NCBI GenBank assembly: GCA_016214465.1
Contig: JACROI010000032.1
Coordinates: 1-53,515, forward strand
Length of the DNA: 53,515 nucleotides
Direction of reading: 5' to 3'
From: Candidatus Magasanikiibacteriota bacterium
GTDB lineage: Bacteria; Patescibacteriota; Patescibacteriia; Magasanikbacterales; UBA10003
Positions within the stretch are counted from its first letter, which is position 1; every line of letters starts with the position of its first letter. A model generated the notes under the pieces. The model worked only from the letters and a program-made list of their open reading frames with translations. It had not been told where the DNA came from and searched no databases. A program made the position numbers and the translations under genes. Shown here one piece after another: positions 14,802-22,095 of the stretch.

Positions 14802-15756
14802 ATCGTTTGAAAAATTAATTACGCGCGAAAATCTCCTGCGGGCCTGGCGCTTATTTTTACGAGGAAAATCCAGACAACCGGCGGTGCGCAGATTTTGGTT
14901 GCACCTTGAGCGCAATTTGACCGCATTATATCATGATTTGATAAATAACGGCTACACGCACGGCGCTTATAAACATTTTACGGTTAATGACACCAAAAGA
15001 CGCGATATTTATGTGGCGCGCGTCAGGGATCGGGTAGTACACCAGCTTTTGGCTTCTTGCATTGAAGAAATTTATCAGCCAATTTTTATTCCGCACTCGT
15101 TCGCGGCGCAGAAAGGAAAGGGCGTAACCGCCGCGCGCCGGTACGCGTTTGATGTTATTTCCAGTATTCAAAAACAAGGCCATGTTTGGATTGGAAAAAT
15201 GGATGTGGAAAAATATTTTGCGAATATTGACCACGGAATCCTGCTTAACTTGTTGAGCCGGCGCGTAAAAGACGCGAAAATTCTAAATCTTTGCGAAATG
15301 ATTATAAATAGTTTTGGCAACGACAGGCATGGTCTGCCGCTTGGCAATCTCACCAGTCAGTGGTTTGCTAATATCTATTTGCATGAACTTGATTGGCACG
15401 CGCGGCATACTCTTGATATCCGTCATTATATGCGGTATAATGATGATGTGCTGATGATGTGCTCCAAAGAAGTTGAAGCGCGCCAGCGTACGGAAGCGAT
15501 TGTAAAATTTGTAAACGAGAAATTGCGTTTAACAATTCCCGAGTGTAAAACGGAGATTGTCAGCGTGCCCGGTAGTTCGGTGGATGTGCTTGGAATTGGC
15601 ACCGATGGATTTAAGCGATGGGTAAGGATAGCAACCGCGAAACGAGCCGCGCGTTTGCTGGATCAAAAATATGAACGACAAACTCCGGAATTTTTGGATA
15701 CGGCCTGTTCATATTTGGGATACGGAATAATCAGCGATGTCGCGTTTTCATTTTAA
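14755..15756 (+). CDS. DGR-type reverse transcriptase
   Basis: RT motifs are RRDIYVARVRDRVVHQLL, KMDVEKYFANIDH, the DGR-diagnostic LPLGNLTSQWFANIYL ([ILV]GxxxSQ) and the catalytic box YMRYNDDVLMM. The size of about 333 aa is typical of DGR RTs. It is adjacent to the TR. Confidence 0.9.
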   Translation: MSGVEAKIESCDVEGISFEKLITRENLLRAWRLFLRGKSRQPAVRRFWLHLERNLTALYHDLINNGYTHGAYKHFTVNDTKRRDIYVARVRDRVVHQLLASCIEEIYQPIFIPHSFAAQKGKGVTAARRYAFDVISSIQKQGHVWIGKMDVEKYFANIDHGILLNLLSRRVKDAKILNLCEMIINSFGNDRHGLPLGNLTSQWFANIYLHELDWHARHTLDIRHYMRYNDDVLMMCSKEVEARQRTEAIVKFVNEKLRLTIPECKTEIVSVPGSSVDVLGIGTDGFKRWVRIATAKRAARLLDQKYERQTPEFLDTACSYLGYGIISDVAFSF

Positions 15757-18340
15757 TAAATATATGCCGCGAAAACATATTTTGCCAAAAAGAGAAACAC
15801 AAAAATTTTTAGAAACCTCGTCGGAAAAGGGAGGCGACAAAACCGCGGCGGAAAAACGGGAACGTTTTGTTTCCGCGCGATTATCATCCGAAACGGATAT
15901 TGAAGCGCAAAAGCGTTGGCAAAAAGAAGACGGCGCGGTGGAGCGGCGCGCAAAAACAATGTTTGATAAAATCGCGGCGGATTTGGCAAGCGGAAAACAA
16001 GAAACAAGCGTATATCGTGAGTTGGGATTGCCTGAGACAGACAGTTTGATTTCAGATTTAACGCGGGCATCGCAAGACGCGGTATTTATTCCGTCTGACG
16101 ACTGGCATCGCGAAGTGGTGGACAAATTGCGGCATTACCGCGCTAAAGATAGCGAAACGGAGACCGATGTGTTGCGATTTTTGGTCTCGCCGGATACACC
16201 GGCGTCAACCCGTCTTGAATTTTTTGAAAAAGAAATACAGGGGCTTTTAGAGTACACTGCGGGAATAGATATGGCGAAGTTGCGAGAAATTGCGCCAACC
16301 GGTTCGAGCAAAGAAACAGAAAAAAAGGAAGACGAAAATATACCGCCATTGGAACTCCCGCCGCCGTCGCAAGATGAAATGAACACCAGTATGGACGAAA
16401 TGCAAGAAAAAAAAGAAGGCGGAACCGGCGGGTATTTTTCAGTGCATCCGTTTTGGGGAGGATATTATCGGGAGCAAATTTATGAGAATCATAAAGGTGG
16501 CGCTCGCTGGGGGCAGGCGGCGCGCGCGTATGGCCGGCCGACGGCGATTGGCGCGTTGAAAGAAGAACGAGTGATGCGTGGTTTGGCTCGTGGCAACGCG
16601 GTTACTGATTTACCAATGCCCTATGGTTTTGCGCCCAATCCAGCGTCATTCAAATCCATCGGAGCGCTGCTTGTTCAGTCAGCCGAGGGTTTGTGGCGTG
16701 TGGTAACAACAGGCGCAGCGCCGATTGATTTTACGGTTATGATTGGGAAAACAGATGTTCACCGTCACGCTGTTTTTTCATCCGAGGCGGAAGAAAAAAA
16801 AATGGCAGTGAATGATACTTGTGCCGGCGTGGAAGCTAAAAAAATGCTTCAATGGCTTGCCGGTTCCACCATTGAAAAAGCCCGCGTGATTAAGCGATTT
16901 GTAAAGGGCTTATTAAGATATTCGCAAGAAAACGCGCTTAACGCGGTGTATGAGAACGACCCTGACGGTTATTTTGCCGCGATTGAAAAGAACAAAAAAG
17001 CTGATTGCGATGTGGCTAATGCGTATTATTTAAATTTGCTTTCACGCGTTGAAATAAAAGCGCGGCTGGCCGTGGGCCATTATGTAAAAATGAAGGACGC
17101 AAATGGATCGGCGGTTATGGGAAGCGGCAGTCGACATGCCTGGAGTGAGGTGTGGGATGAGGCGGGACGGCAATGGATTGTATTTGACGCGACTCCGCCG
17201 GGAGACCCGACTATTGATGAAGAACCACCGGATGAAAAATCCGAAGATGACGCCGGGCCTGGTGATTATGGCGAGCAAGAAGCCCAGCCAATCATCGAAG
17301 AGGAATTTTTGAAATTCAAAGAAAAAATTGCCGAGGCCAAACGAAAAGCCGCGGAAGAAACAGCCACGCCGGAAGAGCGCGCGTCGCGCGAGTTTGCCAA
17401 ATCAGCCGGCTGCACGCCGGAGCAAGCGCGTCGCGTAATGGCTAAAATCGCCGAGGCCAGAAATGTCCGCGACGCGCGCGGACGAGTTGTCCGCGATGGG
17501 TTGGCTGATGAATTTCAGAAAATAGTGGAAACAAATTTTAAGGATGTGCCGGAGTATCGCGGTCCGGTTATGCGCTCGCAAGGGGATGAGATGGATGATA
17601 AAGTAATGATTGGCAAAGAGGTTCGTTTAGGAGTCGCGGATCCTTTGGGATATGCCAGAGAAATTTTACAACAGAAAATAACGCAAGAATATGGAGGAAT
17701 GGATGTGTGGCTGGTGTTTGACCGCAGCGGCTCAATGGATGAAATAGATACGACAACCAATCGTCCAAAAAAAGAAGAACAGCAACTGGCCGGATTTTTA
17801 ACGCTGGACGGCATCAATGCTTTTTCCTATAAAACAGAATCCGCGGCGCGGCAGGATTTATTGATTTCTCCGCTTTCCGTGCGTTCTTCAGTGATTGCTT
17901 TTCAGGGTAATAACGCCGATGCTTTAAAATCTTTAGGCGCGAGCTGGACGCCCAAGGAGCAATATGATATTTGGAGCGGTCTTGAGTCCAATATCGGCGG
18001 CGGCACTCCGGCGCATTTGGGAATTATGAAAGCGCGCGCTGAAATTGAACGAGCGATAGCGCTAGATAAGAAAAATAAAGGTTTTTTAAATGAAAAGAAA
18101 CGGTTGCGGGTGGTGATGGTTTTTATGGATGGAGTTGTGGATAATGAGACAGCATATTTAGCCGAACAAAAAAAGCTGGAGGATTTGGAAGTATTTGTGT
18201 CAAGCTGGGGCATGACTGAATCCGCGCGCCAAGTTGATGCTTATTCCGAAGGGCACTGCGTGCCATCAGCGAGAGATATGATTGAACCGGTGGCCAAGCA
18301 TATTGTTGCCAAAGCTCAATTATTAAAATTAAAACAATAA
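15737..18340 (+). CDS. Transglutaminase-like cysteine protease/cross-linking domain plus vWA (MIDAS) domain protein
   Basis: The TGase core is KKADCDVANAYYLNLLSRVEIKARLAVGHY ... SRHAWSEVWDEAGRQWIVFDATP (Cys-His-Asp). The vWA MIDAS motif is DVWLVFDRSGSMDE, followed later by VVMVFMDGVVDNE. There are acidic low-complexity linkers and no signal peptide. The start overlaps the RT stop; an alternative ATG lies at 15764. Confidence 0.8.
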   Translation: MSRFHFNKYMPRKHILPKRETQKFLETSSEKGGDKTAAEKRERFVSARLSSETDIEAQKRWQKEDGAVERRAKTMFDKIAADLASGKQETSVYRELGLPETDSLISDLTRASQDAVFIPSDDWHREVVDKLRHYRAKDSETETDVLRFLVSPDTPASTRLEFFEKEIQGLLEYTAGIDMAKLREIAPTGSSKETEKKEDENIPPLELPPPSQDEMNTSMDEMQEKKEGGTGGYFSVHPFWGGYYREQIYENHKGGARWGQAARAYGRPTAIGALKEERVMRGLARGNAVTDLPMPYGFAPNPASFKSIGALLVQSAEGLWRVVTTGAAPIDFTVMIGKTDVHRHAVFSSEAEEKKMAVNDTCAGVEAKKMLQWLAGSTIEKARVIKRFVKGLLRYSQENALNAVYENDPDGYFAAIEKNKKADCDVANAYYLNLLSRVEIKARLAVGHYVKMKDANGSAVMGSGSRHAWSEVWDEAGRQWIVFDATPPGDPTIDEEPPDEKSEDDAGPGDYGEQEAQPIIEEEFLKFKEKIAEAKRKAAEETATPEERASREFAKSAGCTPEQARRVMAKIAEARNVRDARGRVVRDGLADEFQKIVETNFKDVPEYRGPVMRSQGDEMDDKVMIGKEVRLGVADPLGYAREILQQKITQEYGGMDVWLVFDRSGSMDEIDTTTNRPKKEEQQLAGFLTLDGINAFSYKTESAARQDLLISPLSVRSSVIAFQGNNADALKSLGASWTPKEQYDIWSGLESNIGGGTPAHLGIMKARAEIERAIALDKKNKGFLNEKKRLRVVMVFMDGVVDNETAYLAEQKKLEDLEVFVSSWGMTESARQVDAYSEGHCVPSARDMIEPVAKHIVAKAQLLKLKQ

Positions 18341-18345
18341 TTTCT

Positions 18346-19281
18346 ATGCCCCCCCGCGACCACGGTCCAACTTATCCCGAATACATCATCGCTTCTTTTG
18401 AAGATATGGAAGAGGTTCATCCTCCTGAATCTCCCACCTCTTTCATTGTCCGCGACTCACTCAACCCCTATCGCGAAGCCCTCTTGGTCGGCGGCGTTGT
18501 CGCGTCTGATCCTGCTGTGGCAGAACGCAAGGATATGGCGATTGATTTGGATAAAATTCTGGAAAGTGACATTGTTTCTTACCGAGCTTCCAATCTTTTG
18601 CGCTGGGCCTCTGCCTTGGAATCAGTCAAAGGCGATCTCCGTCTGACTCCTGAAAAACGCGCCATTATTGAGCAGGAAGTTAAGGAAGGAGCCATTATTA
18701 TCTTTATGCCAGGCCGCGCCACTCAACTTGAAACCACTGTTGATGAATACCAACAACTGCGACCAAAATGGATAAAAGACAGTCAACCTCAAACCCTTGA
18801 TGATACCTATATTTGGGACCATCTCGCCTCTCTTATTTCCAACAAAGATCAATCCCTGGTCCAAGCTGTGCCTGTTCGTCCATATTTTATGCTTATCAAA
18901 CCAACTGCCACAGTAGAGCCGCGCACCGTCAGTAAAACAGTAGACCTACAAAAACAAGAACTTGTCAAAATCAACCAAGAACGAAAAACGGCCGGCCTCG
19001 CTCCTGCGCAAGTTGTAAATCCGGCTGAATACGCCGCTTTTATGCAACTGGCCACAGAGCGCGTCCAACAGTTATCCTCGCAACCTCTTAACAATCTCAC
19101 CCCGCCTGATGATGTGAATGTTTCATACAACAGTTTTATCAATCTCCCTCTCTCTTCTGGCGGCAATGTTCCGCGCGGTTACTTCTACCCCGATGACCGC
19201 CGGCTTAGGTTCGGCTGGGGCGGTGCCGCGGGCGCGGATGCCGGGGGCGGCTTCCGCCTCTCGGTGAGGACAGAAATTTAA
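18346..19281 (+). CDS. DGR target protein 2: stand-alone paralogue of the target-1 C-terminal domain (VR2)
   Basis: It aligns along its whole length to the last ~290 aa of ORF 11020-13827. The C-terminus ...GGNVPRGYFYPDDRRLRFGWGGAAGADAGGGFRLSVRTEI is encoded by VR2. Confidence 0.85.
   Translation: MPPRDHGPTYPEYIIASFEDMEEVHPPESPTSFIVRDSLNPYREALLVGGVVASDPAVAERKDMAIDLDKILESDIVSYRASNLLRWASALESVKGDLRLTPEKRAIIEQEVKEGAIIIFMPGRATQLETTVDEYQQLRPKWIKDSQPQTLDDTYIWDHLASLISNKDQSLVQAVPVRPYFMLIKPTATVEPRTVSKTVDLQKQELVKINQERKTAGLAPAQVVNPAEYAAFMQLATERVQQLSSQPLNNLTPPDDVNVSYNSFINLPLSSGGNVPRGYFYPDDRRLRFGWGGAAGADAGGGFRLSVRTEI
18427..18548 (+). repeat. 122-nt near-identical DNA block shared by the two DGR target genes (copy B)
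   Basis: See copy A (12970-13091). Confidence 0.8.
19150..19270 (+). repeat. DGR variable repeat VR2
   Basis: It aligns to TR 14294-14414. The 6 mismatches are all at TR adenines (TR 14304, 14318, 14319, 14330, 14346, 14360). Confidence 0.92.
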
Positions 19282-19335
19282 GTTTGATGATTGGGATTTT
19301 TTAAGTTTTAAGTTTTGGTTTTCGATTCGGATTTG

Positions 19336-19364
19336 TTGCCAGGAATTATAAGTTGTGATAATAT
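19336..19364 (+). promoter_or_regulatory. Sigma70-like promoter TTGCCA-17-TAATAT
   Basis: ttgcca (19336-19341), a 17-nt spacer, then taatat (19359-19364) preceded by TG. Confidence 0.35.
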
Positions 19365-19390
19365 GTAGGTGTGGATAAAAATTAAAAAGT

Positions 19391-19735
19391 ATGGATAAAC
19401 AAACAAAAAAAGAGTTTGAAAATTTGGTATGGATTATTAAGGAGAGTTTTGATGCAATAGAAATTAGATTCAATGGTTTGGAGAAGAGATTTGACGGCCT
19501 GGAAATTAGATTCAATGGTTTGGAGAAGAGATTTGATAGATTGGAAGATAAAGTAGACAACGGTTTTATTTTTGTTAATCAAGAATTGGTTGACATCAAG
19601 GAAAGAATCAGCCGATTGGAAAAAAGAACCATTGAAGATTCTGACGCGCAAGCAGAGGAAATTTTGAAACTTAAAAAAAGAATTGATTGGTTGGAAAAGC
19701 AATTTAAACGAATTCAACCGGCGTTTGCGCATTAA
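19391..19735 (+). CDS. Small coiled-coil protein with 14-aa tandem repeat
   Basis: Heptad-like repeats EIRFNGLEKRFDGL occur twice, followed by LEDKV...RISRLEKR...RIDWLEKQFKR. Confidence 0.6.
   Translation: MDKQTKKEFENLVWIIKESFDAIEIRFNGLEKRFDGLEIRFNGLEKRFDRLEDKVDNGFIFVNQELVDIKERISRLEKRTIEDSDAQAEEILKLKKRIDWLEKQFKRIQPAFAH
19460..19543 (+). repeat. 42-bp tandem direct repeat (2 copies) inside the coiled-coil CDS
   Basis: gaaattagattcaatggtttggagaagagatttga occurs at 19460 and 19502. The first 35 nt of each unit are identical. Confidence 0.85.
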
Positions 19736-19737
19736 AG

Positions 19738-19766
19738 TTGACAGTTTTGAACAGATGTGGTATAAT
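19738..19766 (+). promoter_or_regulatory. Consensus sigma70 promoter TTGACA-17-TATAAT (extended -10 TGg)
   Basis: ttgaca (19738-19743), a 17-nt spacer ending in tgg, then tataat (19761-19766). Confidence 0.5.
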
Positions 19767-19769
19767 ATA

Positions 19770-19802
19770 AAAAGAATCAGTTGAATAAACTGGTTCTTTT
19801 TT
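19770..19802 (+). terminator. Intrinsic terminator-like hairpin in the nusA leader
   Basis: The 13-bp stem aaaagaatcagtt/aactggttctttt has one G-U pair and a loop gaata, and runs into a T tract. An A tract upstream makes it potentially bidirectional. Confidence 0.55.
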
Positions 19803-19828
19803 ATTAACTAATGTATAATACAATCAAT

Positions 19829-21085
19829 ATGGCGTCACCAATAACACAGGCAATCAAGCAAATTTGCGAAGAAAAAAATCTTTCATATGAGGCGGTTTTG
19901 GAAACCGTTCAAACAGCGTTAGCCGCGGCTTATCGCAAGGATTTTGGTGAAAAAAATCAAAATGTGCAGGTGGAATTTAATCCGGAAACCGGTGAAATGA
20001 AGGTCTTTGACGTGAAAACCGTGGTGGAAGATGTTGATTTGGAAGCAGAGACAGTTGAGTGGGAAAAAGTAAAAGCCGAGCACGATGAGTTGATTAAAAA
20101 GGCGGAAGAAAATGGCGAACCAATGCCTGAACCATTGGCTTTTAAAAGATTTAATCCTAAAACCGAATGGATGATTGCCGAGGCCAAAAGCGAGTATCCC
20201 AAAGCGAAATTGGAAGAAGTGATTCGTCGTCCTTTGGAAATTCCAACGGCTTTTGGCCGCATGGCAGCTCAAACAGCCAAGCAGGTGATTATTCAGAAAT
20301 TGCGCGAAGCTGAACGAGATATGGTTTATCAAGAATTTAAGGGCCGTGAGGGTGAGTTGTTGGTGGGCACAGTCGGACGGCGTGAAGGCCGATTGGTGCT
20401 GGTTGATGTTGGTAAAGCCACAGCGGTTTTGCCGCAGGAAGAACAGATTGAAATGGAGTGCTATAATCCAGGCAGTAAAATTAAGGTCTATGTGTTGGGC
20501 GTGAACTTGACTCAGCGCGGTTCGGAAATTCGCGTGTCCCGCACTCATCCGGAAATGGTAAAAAAGATTTTTGCAACGGAAATTCCGGAAGTGGCCAGCG
20601 GCTCGGTGGAAATCAAAGGCATTGCTCGCGATGCCGGCAGCCGCTCTAAGGTGGCGGTATTGGCTAAAGAAGAAAATATTGATCCGATCGGTTCTTGTAT
20701 TGGTCAGCGCGGCAGCAGAATACAGACAATTATTTCCGAATTGGGCGGAGAAAAAATTGATATTATCGCTTTTGATGAAAATCAGGAAAAATACATCGCG
20801 AACGCTTTGTCTCCGGCCAAAGTTTTGTCAGTTAATCTGCATGAAGAATCAAAATCCGCCATGGTGCAGGTGGCGCCTGATCAGTATTCATTGGCTATCG
20901 GTCGCGGCGGACAAAATGTTCATTTGGCGTCGCGTTTAACCGGTTGGCAGGTAATGGTGGAGCAGGTTGGCGTGGAAGCGCCGATAGAAGAGGCGGCTGT
21001 CGTCGCCGATACAGCGCCAGTTGAAGTTGTTGAACCGGAAGTAAAAGAAGAAGCAAAATCAGAAGAAACGAAAAACGTTGAATAA
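19829..21085 (+). CDS. nusA: Transcription termination/antitermination factor NusA
   Basis: The N-terminal domain is ITQAIKQICEEKNLSYEAVLETVQTALAAAYRK. An S1-like segment and two KH motifs follow (GSCIGQRGSRIQTIISELGGEKIDII, LAIGRGGQNVHLASRLTGW). The ATG at 19829 is preferred because 19812-19819 reads as an extended -10 (tgtataat). Confidence 0.9.
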   Translation: MASPITQAIKQICEEKNLSYEAVLETVQTALAAAYRKDFGEKNQNVQVEFNPETGEMKVFDVKTVVEDVDLEAETVEWEKVKAEHDELIKKAEENGEPMPEPLAFKRFNPKTEWMIAEAKSEYPKAKLEEVIRRPLEIPTAFGRMAAQTAKQVIIQKLREAERDMVYQEFKGREGELLVGTVGRREGRLVLVDVGKATAVLPQEEQIEMECYNPGSKIKVYVLGVNLTQRGSEIRVSRTHPEMVKKIFATEIPEVASGSVEIKGIARDAGSRSKVAVLAKEENIDPIGSCIGQRGSRIQTIISELGGEKIDIIAFDENQEKYIANALSPAKVLSVNLHEESKSAMVQVAPDQYSLAIGRGGQNVHLASRLTGWQVMVEQVGVEAPIEEAAVVADTAPVEVVEPEVKEEAKSEETKNVE

Positions 21086-21091
21086 TAAAAT

Positions 21092-21802
21092 ATGTTTTCT
21101 CAAATTTTTTACGCTGTTCTTTATCAGCCCTTGCTGAATATCTTGGTTTTTTTCTACAATATTATTCCCGGGCATGATTTTGGCGTGGCTATTATTATTT
21201 TGACTATCATTATCAGATTGATACTTTGGCCATTATCCAAAAAAGCCATTGCCGGACAAAAAGCCATGTCTTCGCTCCAGCCAAAGATTAAGGAATTGCA
21301 AGTAAAATTCAAAGATAGCAAGCAGGAATTGGCCAAAGCCACCATGGAATTGTATAAAAATGAGAAAGTAAATCCCTTGGCGTCTTGTTTGCCGATGCTG
21401 GTACAGTTGCCCATTTTGATTGCTTTGTATTGGGTATTGATGGCGGTTTTGAAATCGGAAAAATTTGACTTGCTTTATCCTTTTATTCAAAATCCCGGCA
21501 CGATCAAAACTCTGGCGTTTGGTTTTTTGAATCTGGCGGATAAGAGTTGGGTGTTGGCGATTTTGGCCGGCGCGGCCCAATATTGGCAGACCAAGATGTT
21601 GCCCATGACTCCGCCAGTAGTGAAAGGCGAGGGCAGCAAGGACGAAGGTATGGCGGTGATGATGAATAAGCAGATGCTTTATATGATGCCTTTAATGACT
21701 GTATTTATTGGAGGCACTCTGCCGGGCGGACTTACTTTTTATTGGTTAATCACGACTTTAGCCACCGGGTTTCAGCAATGGTTGATGTTTAGAAAAAAGT
21801 AA
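21092..21802 (+). CDS. yidC: Membrane protein insertase YidC (short form)
   Basis: GVAIIILTIIIRLILWPLSKKAIAGQKAMSSLQPKIKELQVKFKD...ELYKNEKVNPLASCLPMLVQLPILIALY is the conserved YidC/Oxa1 core. Confidence 0.88.
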   Translation: MFSQIFYAVLYQPLLNILVFFYNIIPGHDFGVAIIILTIIIRLILWPLSKKAIAGQKAMSSLQPKIKELQVKFKDSKQELAKATMELYKNEKVNPLASCLPMLVQLPILIALYWVLMAVLKSEKFDLLYPFIQNPGTIKTLAFGFLNLADKSWVLAILAGAAQYWQTKMLPMTPPVVKGEGSKDEGMAVMMNKQMLYMMPLMTVFIGGTLPGGLTFYWLITTLATGFQQWLMFRKK

Positions 21803-21803
21803 T

Positions 21804-22094
21804 ATGTTATTGTTGTTTTCCAAATTGAAAAATTTACCTGTTTTTACGCAAAGCGGAGTTAAGCTTGGCCAAATTATTGATGTTGAAATTGATTTGGATT
21901 CGCAATCAATTTTGCGTTACGCAATCAAGCGCGGGATTGTGAGTCGCGGCGTTTTGCTAATTCATCGCAGTCAGGTTGTTGCGATTACCGATGAAAAAAT
22001 GACAGTGGAAGATGCGATGATTAAAAAAAGCCAGACAATGAACATAAAAGAGGCGGTAGTTCAGCCAGCTACTGGAATTTCCGCCCGCGAATGA
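21804..22094 (+). CDS. PRC-barrel domain protein (YlmC/YmxH-like)
   Basis: LKNLPVFTQSGVKLGQIIDVEIDLDSQSILRYAI follows the PRC-barrel pattern. Confidence 0.6.
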   Translation: MLLLFSKLKNLPVFTQSGVKLGQIIDVEIDLDSQSILRYAIKRGIVSRGVLLIHRSQVVAITDEKMTVEDAMIKKSQTMNIKEAVVQPATGISARE

Positions 22095-22095
22095 T

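Larger units (their letters stand above)
13697..19270 (+). mobile_element. Diversity-generating retroelement cassette: VR1 - TR - avd(antisense) - RT - transglutaminase/vWA CDS - target 2 with VR2
   Basis: The TR/VR adenine-specific mismatch pattern is combined with a DGR RT and Avd (see individual features). Confidence 0.9.

Noticed and set aside
14749-15756. Possibility that the RT belongs to a retron, group II intron or Abi/UG defence RT
   Set aside because: No msr/msd-like inverted repeats, intron RNA domains or maturase/endonuclease extension are present. The [ILV]GxxxSQ motif, the small size, and above all the adjacent TR with adenine-specific VR mismatches identify it as a DGR RT.
19460-19543. 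Direct repeats considered as a possible CRISPR array (also the 20-bp duplication at 48507-48546)
   Set aside because: There are only two tandem units without spacers. The first pair is in frame inside a coiled-coil CDS. No cas genes are present. No CRISPR array was found anywhere in the window.
19919-20548. Long antisense ORFs inside nusA (209 aa), and likewise inside fusA (50883-51749, 288 aa), merA (44718-45236), copA, the kinase gene and the DGR genes
   Set aside because: All lie opposite well-supported conserved CDSs. Their translations are of low complexity (F/I/N/H-rich or S/P-rich) with no motifs. They are typical shadow ORFs.
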